Of a stretch of 64,000 nt of DNA, positions 28,765 to 39,087 are shown in pieces. The position numbers were made by a program, and so were the translations under genes. Within the stretch, counting starts at the first letter, position 1. Each line of letters begins with the position of its first letter. The DNA is from an uncultured virus (IMG/VR IMGVR_UViG_3300025141_012107) (taxonomy: Duplodnaviria > Heunggongvirae > Uroviricota > Caudoviricetes). The stretch lies in the IMG/VR virus record IMGVR_UViG_3300025141_012107; one strand, written 5' to 3'. Under the pieces are notes generated by a model. It was not told the origin of the DNA. It was given only the letters and a program-made list of their open reading frames with translations, and did no database searches.

Positions 28765-30624
28765 CTATACCGAAACTCCTTTGACTTTTTTAAGGAATTT
28801 TGCAGCAGAAACCTTTTTACGAAGATCCTGAGTGCTTGCTACAACCTCTTGATCGGAAAATTGGGTTCGATATCTTTTGCCGGTTTCCTCTTCGGCTGGA
28901 GCACCCTGCATCATCCCTAATATTTGATCTTTTAACGTAAGCAAAATAGGGCCACACAACCCCTTCTTTGCGGGATCTGAGCAAAAATCTTGTAACACTT
29001 TAACAAAACTTCCTCCAAACTGTTTGGGATTTCTCACCAGTTCCCTAGTCATTAATTTTTCAATACCTTCATTAGGGCTCTTCTTATCTTCCTCGACAAC
29101 TTGCTGTTGCTCAGCATCAGGATTCCCGTCATTATCGTCATCTACGTCAGTGGCGTTAGGAACTCCATCTCCGTCTGGGTCTGCTTGAGGATCGGTAGCC
29201 GGATCTGCCGCCTGCGGACCAGCAGCCTGAATACCAAGTCCCTGCTTAAGAATAAGTGACGCTTCCGGGTCTTGCATCAACATTTTTACTCTCTTGTAAA
29301 CCAGATCTAAGAATTGCTTCTTAGTAGTGTTGTCAAGACCTGGAGTATTAAAAAGACCGTTAAGATCAATAGCCGCTGTCTTGGTGTAATGTGTATTGAA
29401 ACTTGCAGTTGCAGGTACTGATAGTTTTTGCACAAATTGGTTTTTGATAGCTTCGGGTTGAGCATTGATAAAAGCAACCAAAGTTCCGGCATCAGCTTGA
29501 TTAATCTGTGCCATTTCTGACTGACCGAGTCCACCACTTGCAGGACCTTTTTGTTTCTCCTGATCCCCCTCTCCCTGAGGAGCACCTTCTGGAGCAGCCT
29601 GAGGAGCTTGCGACTCTTCCTGTTGTATTTGAGGTAAAGCAGAACTGATTGAAGTTACGAGTTGATTCAAGATTTTCTTTCGAAGATTTCCGCTTCCTAT
29701 TTGATTTGTAACTTGGGTATTAGATGCCTGTTGCATAACGCCGGAAACTTGATTAAAAAGTTTCTTTGCACCTTCACTTGCTCCCAAAAAACCACTACTG
29801 TTTGCAGAAGCATATAAATCAGTAAATTCTGTTTGAAGATCCTGCATCGTTTTGTTAAATGTTGCAGCAAGTGTATGATTCAATGTCTGATCAACTTGAC
29901 CATTAGCACCAACTAACTGGTCGTATTCAGAAAGACGTTGCTGCAAAACAGACACAGTATTCTGGAGACGATTTGCTATGTATCCTTTTTTGCCTCTGAC
30001 CTTATTGGCCATATCTTTGACGCCGCCCCAAAAACCCTTATCTCTTCCAGTCTGAGCTTCATGAACAAGATGATTAGCGATATCAACTGCCTTCGCACTC
30101 ATCTGTTCTTGACCAGCTTCTTTAAGGCTTTCAGCAACATGCATCATGCGATCTGCATTATCGATCAAAGCGACGGAATATCGTTCCATGCCCTCTTGTA
30201 AAGATTCGTGTACCGCATTTTCAAAAGGCATGCCCGCATCAACGTTCTTAGCAACTGCATATCTAAACACCTGCTCTTCATGATCAACCATCTCTTTGTT
30301 TTCAGCAGTCTTGACAAAAGAGTTCTCGTCCGCATACTTGTTCCATGCGGCATCATCGTTGTTGATAGCTTCCGTATATTCTGCTTGGCATTCCCACCAA
30401 ATGTCATGCACAGGTCGCTTGGGTTCACTCGCCCGTTTCTGACGATAACAATTCTGCCAGCATCGGCTGTTGCGAATCCAATATCCTTGAGCACCAACGT
30501 ATTGGGCCTTCTTAACCCAAAGTGTTCTCTCGGCGACCTTGTCTACATTAGCCGCAAGCTTGGAAAGAGAAGCTCCCTCCATCTCGTTGGCTAGTTGCGA
30601 CAATTCTTGAATAACATTTTCCAT
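28765..30624 (-). CDS. Hypothetical virion-associated protein with DxDxDG Ca-binding-like repeat
   Basis: Long ORF; start moved to MENVIQ (AGGGG RBS); DPDGDGVPNATDVDDDNDGNPD. Confidence 0.75.
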   Translation of the reverse strand: MENVIQELSQLANEMEGASLSKLAANVDKVAERTLWVKKAQYVGAQGYWIRNSRCWQNCYRQKRASEPKRPVHDIWWECQAEYTEAINNDDAAWNKYADENSFVKTAENKEMVDHEEQVFRYAVAKNVDAGMPFENAVHESLQEGMERYSVALIDNADRMMHVAESLKEAGQEQMSAKAVDIANHLVHEAQTGRDKGFWGGVKDMANKVRGKKGYIANRLQNTVSVLQQRLSEYDQLVGANGQVDQTLNHTLAATFNKTMQDLQTEFTDLYASANSSGFLGASEGAKKLFNQVSGVMQQASNTQVTNQIGSGNLRKKILNQLVTSISSALPQIQQEESQAPQAAPEGAPQGEGDQEKQKGPASGGLGQSEMAQINQADAGTLVAFINAQPEAIKNQFVQKLSVPATASFNTHYTKTAAIDLNGLFNTPGLDNTTKKQFLDLVYKRVKMLMQDPEASLILKQGLGIQAAGPQAADPATDPQADPDGDGVPNATDVDDDNDGNPDAEQQQVVEEDKKSPNEGIEKLMTRELVRNPKQFGGSFVKVLQDFCSDPAKKGLCGPILLTLKDQILGMMQGAPAEEETGKRYRTQFSDQEVVASTQDLRKKVSAAKFLKKVKGVSV

Positions 30625-30637
30625 TACGGTTCCCCTG

Positions 30638-31207
30638 TCATTTGACGGCAAACTTAGGTTCAAACCTGTCGCCCATAAACATGTGGTACATTATGTTCGG
30701 GACGATGAAGGCTCTAATATCTCCTACCGTTCTATCAAACGTAACCAAAATCTGGTTACCTGTCGTTTTTGCAAAAAACTCTCCATGCGGTTCTACTTCT
30801 CTTTCTACCGTCACTCCACCCTTCGTTTGGTAGTAGATCCTGACGGCTTCCTGATTCTGTTCTGCCCAAGCAATTGCTTCGGCAGAGTTTTCAAAATCTG
30901 GATAGTCTTTATCAGCTTCTGGTACGTCGGCTTCCGGGTCATGTGCCGGAACGGGTTCTTCGATGGGTGGCGTCTCTATCGTTGCTTCTGGAACTTCTTG
31001 TATATCCGGGAGTTCTTCTTCTCCCAAATTGTCTTCTAACACTTCGTCAAATTGGTCTTTACGAAAAATGGGTAGTTTTTCGTTCAACCAGTTGAAAAAA
31101 CGAGACGATTTGTCTTTAAGCCAATCCTTTATCTGGGATTGCTTCTCCAAACGGCTCGCTAATCTAGCGACATCTCCTACATATCCGTGCGTATAAAACG
31201 TCCTCAT
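30638..31207 (-). CDS. WYL-like domain protein
   Basis: AVRIYYQTKGG..EREVEPH...LVTFD...IRAFIV.NI. Confidence 0.7.
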   Translation of the reverse strand: MRTFYTHGYVGDVARLASRLEKQSQIKDWLKDKSSRFFNWLNEKLPIFRKDQFDEVLEDNLGEEELPDIQEVPEATIETPPIEEPVPAHDPEADVPEADKDYPDFENSAEAIAWAEQNQEAVRIYYQTKGGVTVEREVEPHGEFFAKTTGNQILVTFDRTVGDIRAFIVPNIMYHMFMGDRFEPKFAVK

Positions 31208-31245
31208 CTAACTCTATCACCCTTAAGCTTATAGGAAACGTATCG

Positions 31246-31620
31246 CTATTCCTTCTTTTTGAAGTTCAAAGTGCCTTTCTTATTCTCCTTATTTACTTCT
31301 CCCAACTCGACCGCATCGCCTGCTTTTATGCCATGACGTTCAAAGAATCCTTGATTGGCTTCAATCGCAGCATGACAGGGATGGTCGCTGGATACAGTTC
31401 TTTTGTCGAATCGATCTATCTTGGATATCTTCTGGATCTTCCCGCTTTCGCCGATAAAGGCGATATCCAAGGGGATATAAGTGTTCATTCCCCAGAAGTT
31501 AAGGACCTGAGCGCCGCCGAATACGAACAGCATACCCTCATCGTTTGCCAACGATTGACGGTACATTAAACCCCTCTCTTGGCTTGACGGAGTGTTCGCT
31601 ATTTCGACCTTCAATTTCAT
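31246..31620 (-). CDS. DUF192-family protein
   Basis: VEIANTP..ERGLMYR..L..EGMLFVF..FWGMNTYIPLDIAFI. Confidence 0.9.
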   Translation of the reverse strand: MKLKVEIANTPSSQERGLMYRQSLANDEGMLFVFGGAQVLNFWGMNTYIPLDIAFIGESGKIQKISKIDRFDKRTVSSDHPCHAAIEANQGFFERHGIKAGDAVELGEVNKENKKGTLNFKKKE

Positions 31621-32030
31621 CCTGCCACCTCATGTCGAAAACCTTTTCTACTCATGTTGTAAGTAAGATCTTCTAGTTCGTCTTCCGGAACGATGAAATA
31701 CATTGCTGCATCAGAGCTTCTAACATCGTCTAAAACCGCTCTCGTATTGTTGTAGTTCTGATACTCTTCGAACCATTGATTGATTTCATTCATATTGCTT
31801 TTCGGTACGGTTTTTACTTCGTACAGGTCTTCGACTGTTGGCATCATGCGATAGTTGCGAGTATAGGGATCAAACATGTACTTCATTTTTATCTGACCAC
31901 CTCTGAATCGCCACATGCGTTTGATTTCAGAATCGTAATATGACAGGTCTCTCTCTACACGTTCCTTAACTCTATTGTTAGACGAATCCACATGGACTAC
32001 AACATCTATCATTTGAATTGCCCCCACCAA
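31617..32030 (-). CDS. Hypothetical protein (likely start MIDVVV, ~32012)
   Basis: ORF tiling. Confidence 0.7.
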   Translation of the reverse strand: MVGAIQMIDVVVHVDSSNNRVKERVERDLSYYDSEIKRMWRFRGGQIKMKYMFDPYTRNYRMMPTVEDLYEVKTVPKSNMNEINQWFEEYQNYNNTRAVLDDVRSSDAAMYFIVPEDELEDLTYNMSRKGFRHEVAG

Positions 32031-32443
32031 AGATCTTCAGTTTTTTGAGCGATCTTTGCCTTTTTGACGGTCTTGATCTTGGTGTTAGCCAACGCCTGTT
32101 GGAAGTTGACTTCAACCTGGATCTTGTCTAAAGAAGAAGAGTCGTCACCTAAGATCATAACTTTGATGACATCAGTTCCCTTCTTGGTTATTTCAATACG
32201 ATCACCAATAGCCCGAACAAGATCCGCTTTCTCCAATGACTCAACATCGGATGCGGAGACTGTTACAGGACGACGATACGACTTTTCGCTAATGCGATTG
32301 TTTTCATCTCTCCATATGGAAAATAGCTTGCGAGCAGTTGACTGGGGTACGGTTTCTTTCTGATGTATTTGAAACATGACGCCAGGCATTTGCGGCAAAA
32401 GATAATCGATCAATGATTGTGCATGTTTTTTCATAGGACGCAT
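32009..32443 (-). CDS. Hypothetical protein
   Basis: 144-aa ORF; KKHAQ motif near N-terminus. Confidence 0.75.
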   Translation of the reverse strand: MRPMKKHAQSLIDYLLPQMPGVMFQIHQKETVPQSTARKLFSIWRDENNRISEKSYRRPVTVSASDVESLEKADLVRAIGDRIEITKKGTDVIKVMILGDDSSSLDKIQVEVNFQQALANTKIKTVKKAKIAQKTEDLWWGQFK

Positions 32444-32445
32444 AG

Positions 32446-32560
32446 TTAATTCCCCGTAAGCAATTTTCTTTCTGCGTATGGAGATTCGTTTCCTCTGTCA
32501 TACCAACTAAACGACTCGTTCCTTAACTCTCTCCAATAATGGCATTCGCCATTAACCGTC
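32446..32560 (-). repeat. Diverged duplicate of the 3' end of gene 33354-34133
   Basis: Encodes GECHYWRELRNESFSWYDRGNESPYAERKLLTGN* versus GEGHYWRELRNEPFSWYDRASESPYAERKLLTGN* at 33354-33458. Confidence 0.9.
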
Positions 32561-33253
32561 ATCGAACTCCATATCATTGTCTTTACTTCTATCTTCGTGC
32601 AACCAATTCCTGTCCATTTCCCATCCGTCAATATGCTTTTCTAAATAATGCAGATGTTTATGGCAATTACCACACAGCACAACACACTTATTGATTTCTC
32701 TTAGAATAGCCGTCCAACCATAACCTTGATTTACAGAATTTGCTATCCCGAACTTCTTCTGAGATGGATCAATATGATGAAATTCCAAGCAGAACCATCT
32801 TATTTCTCCACACTTTTGACAACAGGCAGACTTCTTATATTCGATGATTTGCATCCTCTTTTGCTTCTTCCTGAACCTGTCCTTCTCGTTAACTTTACTG
32901 CGATTATTCTTTCTGTATCTTTTGCTTGTTTCTGCTTCACGCTTTTTGTTGCGTTTTTTGTGGTTCCTGCTATAGTACCTTTTGTTGGTCAGCCTACTGC
33001 GACGGCGTTTTTCCTTTTCCACGCATTCTTCTTGGCTACAACATTGTGCTTTATATAGTTTGCTAAAAGCATGCTTGGCACCGCAATGTCTACAAGTACA
33101 TCTTTGATCGTATCTATCTTGCTGCTTCTTGTGTTGGTCGGCTTTTCTCCATAACTTAAAACAGTCATCACTACAGTAAATCCTGTGCTTATGACTACTT
33201 ATAAACTCTTTCTTACAATACTTACACTCCCTGTGTCCATCCTTAACAGACAT
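32552..33253 (-). mobile_element. Free-standing HNH homing endonuclease with N-terminal Zn fingers
   Basis: CQKCG..CLEFHHIDP..EINKCVVLCGNCH; GGAGG RBS before MSVKDG; own promoter motif; flanked by duplicated gene end. Confidence 0.85.
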
Positions 33254-33353
33254 AAAACAACCCTCCAAATATAGATTACACACAATCTAATTCGAAGGGC
33301 ATCCGAAAAACACCTCTTTATTTTAAGCATAATTTTTGAACTATTTTGGATAA

Positions 33354-34133
33354 TCAATTTCCCGTAAGTAACTTTCTTTCTGCATACGGGGACTCTGAAG
33401 CCCTGTCATACCAACTAAATGGCTCATTCCTTAACTCTCTCCAATAATGCCCTTCACCTGTCCTTCCGTCATTGTTATAGTTCTCAAGACCTCTTCGATA
33501 CCTACGTTGACGACGAATGTCTCTGTCTCTACCTCTTACTTCTTCATCGATAGACGACCATGGAAATGTTCTTTCCAACAAAGGCAAATCAAGGTTAGCC
33601 CAAGGGCCGGAAATCCCCCTAGCCATTTTTATGTTCATGCGATCAATAAGACGAGGACCAAGACTTGCGAATCTCAAAAGCTTGATAACATATTGAAGGC
33701 GACAGATGGATCTAAAAATCCAGTCGATAGATATCTTGTAATTAGGAACAGAATGAATAGTGTAATTTGGGTAAACCGATATGTCTTGATTCAATGCGTC
33801 TTGTACAAGATTGGTTAGAACCGAATCGTCAAGATCTTCAAACATCCTGCTCATTTTGGCAAGATCTTTCAGAGCGCACACAAACATGGTGGTTGAGCCA
33901 GCGTCTGAGACGTTGTCTCCCCGATCTTGGAGAACCTCAGACATCTCGCCCCATAGTTCTCCGAACAGTTTTTTCCTGATTGTAATTTGCCCTTGGATTT
34001 GCTTAGCAGCGGGAATGACGGGCGCAGTCTCTAACTGACCATCCTTGTTTTTGAATTGACAAGTCTTGGAATCAATCAGGCGAATGCCATAGAAAGCAAG
34101 TTCTTTCTTTAGGGTATCCCAAACTTCAGCCAT
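33354..34133 (-). CDS. Conserved phage hypothetical protein
   Basis: 259-aa ORF, TAATG-coupled. Confidence 0.8.
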   Translation of the reverse strand: MAEVWDTLKKELAFYGIRLIDSKTCQFKNKDGQLETAPVIPAAKQIQGQITIRKKLFGELWGEMSEVLQDRGDNVSDAGSTTMFVCALKDLAKMSRMFEDLDDSVLTNLVQDALNQDISVYPNYTIHSVPNYKISIDWIFRSICRLQYVIKLLRFASLGPRLIDRMNIKMARGISGPWANLDLPLLERTFPWSSIDEEVRGRDRDIRRQRRYRRGLENYNNDGRTGEGHYWRELRNEPFSWYDRASESPYAERKLLTGN

Positions 34134-35161
34134 TATTCAATTTCGCTGTTGTTCTTGGCGAGACGAGAGTGCTGAGATAATCTTTCTGCATCCTGCTCGT
34201 GGTCAACAAACGAAATAGCATCAGGGTCGGCAAGCCCGGTATCGATCATATCGATTGGACCAGACTCGTTCGGTAACTCTACTAAAACTTCACCGCCATC
34301 AGCGGTAGGAGCAGGTCGTCTTCGCCCAACAGGCGATAATCCTTTCGCCTTTGGTTTCGATTTTTCAGAAGCTGCTACCTTTGTTGTTTTCTTAAAGACT
34401 TTTTTTTTGACTGGTCCTGATTTCTTCTTCTTAGCCTTTGGACCGGGCTTTTTCTTGGGTCCAGGCTTCTTGCCCGACTTCTTCCTTCGTGATTTGATTG
34501 TCTTCTTCGGACTCTCTTCTTCGGGTTCTTCGGTAAAATCGATATCACCTACCTTGATACCCTCAACTGAAGATTTGACGAATCCTTCATCTTGACGATT
34601 TGTTTGCTGCCCCGTAGCTTCCATGCTCTCGTCAATATCCAGATTCTTTCTGTGATGGGGATCCCATGACTGCATCGTGGTCTCCAGATCTTTCTCATCA
34701 GATTCAACCGGCTCTACATTCTTGACGTTTGTCTTTTTCTTACCTTCTTTGGGGGCGGGGGCCTCTTCAGCTTCTACTTCCGCCTCTTCAACCTGAGGAA
34801 CGCCTTCGGCGTCATAGACAACGACCAAGTTCCGTTCGATAGCTTGCTGAAGATGGTCGTCATGAAGCAAGTCTGAAGTGATGTATCCTGACGAGCCTGT
34901 AGTGATGTTAAGTCCGACACTACCAATAGAGATGGGACCTCCGCTGGTATTGCTTACTCTGTGAACGATCTTGGATGGGGGCTTAACTTCCGGAGCTTTG
35001 CCTACGAGTTTCAAAAGGCCCTTCTTGATAGCCATTTGGACATCGTCTGTATAAAACTCTTCATCGCTAACATCAACCTCTGTCTTGGCGACAAGATTGC
35101 GAGGAATAGAGGGGAGCATAAGCTCTCCCTTGAAGGATTCCGGTACTCTAAGTTTAGGCAT
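34133..35161 (-). CDS. Hypothetical protein with Lys-rich KKPGP repeats
   Basis: 342-aa ORF. Confidence 0.8.
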   Translation of the reverse strand: MPKLRVPESFKGELMLPSIPRNLVAKTEVDVSDEEFYTDDVQMAIKKGLLKLVGKAPEVKPPSKIVHRVSNTSGGPISIGSVGLNITTGSSGYITSDLLHDDHLQQAIERNLVVVYDAEGVPQVEEAEVEAEEAPAPKEGKKKTNVKNVEPVESDEKDLETTMQSWDPHHRKNLDIDESMEATGQQTNRQDEGFVKSSVEGIKVGDIDFTEEPEEESPKKTIKSRRKKSGKKPGPKKKPGPKAKKKKSGPVKKKVFKKTTKVAASEKSKPKAKGLSPVGRRRPAPTADGGEVLVELPNESGPIDMIDTGLADPDAISFVDHEQDAERLSQHSRLAKNNSEIE

Positions 35162-35174
35162 GGTATTTTACCCT

Positions 35175-35750
35175 CTAAAGTTGACTTTGGACTCTGCCAA
35201 ATATATCGACAGATTTACCCCGATTTCGCCTGTGAACTCTGCTGGCCGCAGATTGCTCACTAAGGTCGCCTCGGGGGCTCACTCCTCGGTCCAAGTCTCT
35301 TTGAGGATTTTGGTCATTAGCATCAGCCAACCAATTGCTGTCAATTCCTTCTTCTGAAACATTTTGATCGCCTTCATATTCTCTGAATATTTCTCTTTTA
35401 TTCTTCTGCTGCTCTTTTCTATTATCCAAATCTGTTTCTGTTCCGTAAAAGTCTCCACCTACAACAGAGTCATCACGATCTTTAGGGCCAAATGCACTCT
35501 CTCCCATACCCCCTTCATCGCCTGGTCTGACTCGATGGAGATTCTTCTCCTTATACGGGTCAGTACGGTTGGGGCTATCGGGATCATCTATCGTAGGAGT
35601 AAGAGTTCCTCGATAGGATATTTTCATGATTGAGCCACCGCATAGAGAGCAGCCTTTGGATGCTAATCTGAAGTTGGTTTCACGACCACAATGATCACAA
35701 ATGAATGCAACCTGATTATCGAATTGATTCAGATTGAATGTTTGCGACAA
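35175..35750 (-). CDS. Zn-ribbon hypothetical protein
   Basis: CDHCG..CSLCGG; TTG start with GGAG RBS. Confidence 0.75.
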   Translation of the reverse strand: MSQTFNLNQFDNQVAFICDHCGRETNFRLASKGCSLCGGSIMKISYRGTLTPTIDDPDSPNRTDPYKEKNLHRVRPGDEGGMGESAFGPKDRDDSVVGGDFYGTETDLDNRKEQQKNKREIFREYEGDQNVSEEGIDSNWLADANDQNPQRDLDRGVSPRGDLSEQSAASRVHRRNRGKSVDIFGRVQSQL

Positions 35751-35753
35751 TTG

Positions 35754-36692
35754 TTATTCTCCAGGCATTGAGAACTCAAGTTCATCGATAGGAATAACTG
35801 CCGATGGAGTCATTGGGCCAGCTATTGCTGACTTAGCCTCTTCGTCTTCGTCTACATCTTCCTCATCAGCCTCTTCTTGCTCTGCTCCATCTCTCATCTC
35901 TGCCATTGCATCTTCGAATGATTCGTTTCTGCCTAATTCTTCCAGATCATCCGGCTCATCGGCTATAAAATCTTCTTCTCCCCAATGGGCGAAGATCTTC
36001 TTTTTTCCATCTTCAATTTCAGCCAAAATCTTGATCTCTTGTTCGTTTAGCTCTCTACCGGCGTTAGCAGCTACGGCATAAACATGGAAGATCATGGCGT
36101 CTGCATCCTTCAAAGATGCCATAACCATCTCAGGGATTTTGTCCTTTTTATTCTGGGCCTTCTCGTTGTCCGCTCTGTCTACAGAAACAGGATAAGTCTT
36201 ATCTAGCCCCTTCATGCGGCTAGGATGGTTATGCAACTGACTACCTTGCTCGGGCACATTTTTGGGCACTCTCGTTCTCTTCTCATCAAGCTGTTGTCCA
36301 ACAGAATTACTCTGAAGAGGAGTCTTGTCCTGATCTCCCTTTTGGGCTTTACGGAAAGCTTTAAGCTTTTCTTGGAAGAAAGCTTCGGCCAAGATATCTA
36401 GCGGCTTAGCGTCCACATCCCAGTATTTACTCAAACGCCTTTCGTTATAGCCCTTTTTAGCACTATTCATAGACGCTTCGGTTGTCTCTTCGTATGTACC
36501 GGTTCGAGCTTCTTCAAGCTGACCTTGGTACAGAACGGTATTGTCTTTGTTCTTCCGATTCTTACTCAACATCCAGTCGATGTTGCCAGGATCGGTTTCT
36601 GTATGCCATCCCCTGTCATCCCGATTGTCTATGAGATTGTTCTCTGGAGACTTAGGGGTATCTTCGGCATGTTTCTTTAGGTTAAAGGTCAT
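35754..36692 (-). CDS. Hypothetical head-module protein
   Basis: 312 aa; begins MTFNLKKHA; TGTYEETTEA resembles the protease ITExQ repeats. Confidence 0.8.
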   Translation of the reverse strand: MTFNLKKHAEDTPKSPENNLIDNRDDRGWHTETDPGNIDWMLSKNRKNKDNTVLYQGQLEEARTGTYEETTEASMNSAKKGYNERRLSKYWDVDAKPLDILAEAFFQEKLKAFRKAQKGDQDKTPLQSNSVGQQLDEKRTRVPKNVPEQGSQLHNHPSRMKGLDKTYPVSVDRADNEKAQNKKDKIPEMVMASLKDADAMIFHVYAVAANAGRELNEQEIKILAEIEDGKKKIFAHWGEEDFIADEPDDLEELGRNESFEDAMAEMRDGAEQEEADEEDVDEDEEAKSAIAGPMTPSAVIPIDELEFSMPGE

Positions 36693-36722
36693 AGTTAAAG
36701 GCTCCCTTATGATTAGCTCTTA

Positions 36723-38663
36723 TTATCTTTGGCTAGGAGGATACAAATTCCTTCTTTCCATCATACGAGTTACTTGTTTTGCTCCGCCCACAGCTACGCC
36801 AGATCCTATCTGCCACATCTGGTTTCCGCTGCTAGGGACGACGCCAGTTTCCACTATCCTGCCATGAGGTAAACTATGAACAGCACTGGCAATAGTATTC
36901 CAAACGGCCCCAGCCAAGGCATCGCACAAGTCATCGGTTGTTACGCCATCTTTGTTCTGAGGCGGATAGACCTTGAATCCTGTTGAGTCATACTTGCGTT
37001 GCAGATGAAGCATTTCGTTTCTCAACTGCTCACAGGCCCTGTCCGTCCGTGGAATATGAAGACGACCGGAGTTAATCATGTGTTCCAGTTCTTTATAGAT
37101 CGTCATCTTGTATTTTCTGGTATACTTCATTTCCTTGGCTCTGAGTCCTGCCTTCCTCATTTTCTGAATACTGGCAGCAGAGTTCATTTGGTCATAGGTT
37201 ACTAAACCAAGATAGAACCTTCTCTTCAAACCTATTACATAGTCATCTATCTCTTCAATAGATATTGGCGTGTCATCATCTGGTTGCCAAAACTTAACAT
37301 GATCAACAATAACAACAGGCTCAGCCTTTTTAGTTTCCGGATTGATTGCGTTCTCTCTATGTGTAATAACCAGTGCATAATTATTGCTTGATGTAGCGGG
37401 GTCAAGGTGAGCAAAATATATCTTACCTGGTTCTCCGATTGTCCTGTTGTTAAGTTCTGGAAACTTGAAGCAAGATTCAACCGAGTCTCTATCAAAACAA
37501 CTTTCACCGGCAGTACCTGAAAACATGGCTCCAAATTCCATCTGGAACTCTTCGTCATTCATTTCTGAATTAGCTTCTAACAGCGAGTATTTTGTTTGTT
37601 GAGTATTAACGTCCCAAGTAGGAAGGCGACACATCAATCTATGCTTGATGTTATGAGCGTTCTCATACATATCCCAGAAAACACCTTCCTTACCTCTGGG
37701 GGATGAGATGGATAGAATCTTACTGTCGAATATTCGGTTTATCTTTTGATTGCCTTCGTCGTCTAAAATCGGATTTCCGTCTTCGTCGAACGCATCAAAG
37801 TTACGTCCATACGTATTCAAAGAAGGGGTCAAGGCTGAAAGGATACGCTCACCCGATGACGAGCTTCCGGTACTCTTGTAAGACGCAACTTCATCAAGAA
37901 TAAGAACAAAAACACCCTTACCCAACAAGCCGTCAGAGTTACTGTTACCGACTTCGATAACAACTGACCCCTTCTTGGGTGGCAGCCTTTGTTCATTCAT
38001 CTGTTTGTTGAATTCTACATCGGAAGGAGTTAGTAGATAAATAGCTCCTTCTTCAACACCTTCGGGGCCTATCTTGTCTTTGAAGTAAGGACTGAGCATT
38101 AGCTTATCACGAATTTCCTGGAAAGCGATACGAGCCTGATGCCTGGCTGAGGCTACCGTTAGGATACTAATTGGCATACCAGAAGCGATGTTATACAAAG
38201 CGTAAGGGTCTCCGCCCTCGCATTCCAACAGACGCATTGCTTCGTATAGAGCGACAATAGAAATCAGGAAGTCTTTCCCGCTACGACGCCCCCAACACAA
38301 GACAAGCTCTCTAAAGATATCTTCGGAGTTGTATTTCCCCAGGATATCTCCGTTCTCTACCCATTCGTTTTCCTTTGCTTGAAATAGACCCAAACGTTCG
38401 CACATTTCTATCTCTTCAGGATTCAGTTTTAGGGTCTCGTTACCCATCGATCCTCTGTAGAAAACCTTGAGGATCATTTTTTGGACAGGATAAAGCAAAA
38501 CAGGACTTGGTCGATGCGGCAAACCTAAATAAAACGGATCTTCCACAAATGCAATGATATCAGGTATATAGCCTCCGCCTTCGCCTGAAGTAATCTCATT
38601 TTTCAGGTCAGAAAGCAATGAGTTAACAGATTCTATTTCAGCAGACTTCTTCTTGCGGGCCAT
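36723..38663 (-). CDS. terL: Terminase large subunit
   Basis: LCWGRRSGKD Walker A, ILDEVA Walker B, ISSPRG coupling motif, AHLDPA / TYDQ / DDLCDALA RNase H-like nuclease. Confidence 0.93.
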   Translation of the reverse strand: MARKKKSAEIESVNSLLSDLKNEITSGEGGGYIPDIIAFVEDPFYLGLPHRPSPVLLYPVQKMILKVFYRGSMGNETLKLNPEEIEMCERLGLFQAKENEWVENGDILGKYNSEDIFRELVLCWGRRSGKDFLISIVALYEAMRLLECEGGDPYALYNIASGMPISILTVASARHQARIAFQEIRDKLMLSPYFKDKIGPEGVEEGAIYLLTPSDVEFNKQMNEQRLPPKKGSVVIEVGNSNSDGLLGKGVFVLILDEVASYKSTGSSSSGERILSALTPSLNTYGRNFDAFDEDGNPILDDEGNQKINRIFDSKILSISSPRGKEGVFWDMYENAHNIKHRLMCRLPTWDVNTQQTKYSLLEANSEMNDEEFQMEFGAMFSGTAGESCFDRDSVESCFKFPELNNRTIGEPGKIYFAHLDPATSSNNYALVITHRENAINPETKKAEPVVIVDHVKFWQPDDDTPISIEEIDDYVIGLKRRFYLGLVTYDQMNSAASIQKMRKAGLRAKEMKYTRKYKMTIYKELEHMINSGRLHIPRTDRACEQLRNEMLHLQRKYDSTGFKVYPPQNKDGVTTDDLCDALAGAVWNTIASAVHSLPHGRIVETGVVPSSGNQMWQIGSGVAVGGAKQVTRMMERRNLYPPSQR

Positions 38664-38721
38664 AAAACAGTCCTTGTCAAAACTTTCGTTACAACATATG
38701 TGTTCAACAAAAGTTAGAGAA

Positions 38722-39087
38722 CTACTCTATATTTCCAGCATTAATTTCGTATCCTGCCGTCGCAGACAAGGTAGCGAACGTTTGTGGGACCAATATATTG
38801 TTGTCTGAAAGAAAGGCATTCACATCACCATAATGATGAACAACATGAACTTGAAGAGCCTCAATTAGGCTTAACACCGTTTGGGCTTGAACGTATTCTC
38901 TTGTTATGGTCTGGCCCAATTTCTCAAGCCCTCGATCAAGATTGGTTCTTTCGATATCGGTCGCAGTCAAACTGGACGTAGCGATAGTATTACGCATGGC
39001 GGTTACTCGACCACCTGCACTGACTGAAGCATCTTCTGCCTCTGCTATCGATGAAACGATCACGCTATATTCGCTGGGACTAATCAT
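38722..39087 (-). CDS. Hypothetical protein
   Basis: 121-aa ORF, ATGA overlap with upstream gene. Confidence 0.7.
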   Translation of the reverse strand: MISPSEYSVIVSSIAEAEDASVSAGGRVTAMRNTIATSSLTATDIERTNLDRGLEKLGQTITREYVQAQTVLSLIEALQVHVVHHYGDVNAFLSDNNILVPQTFATLSATAGYEINAGNIE

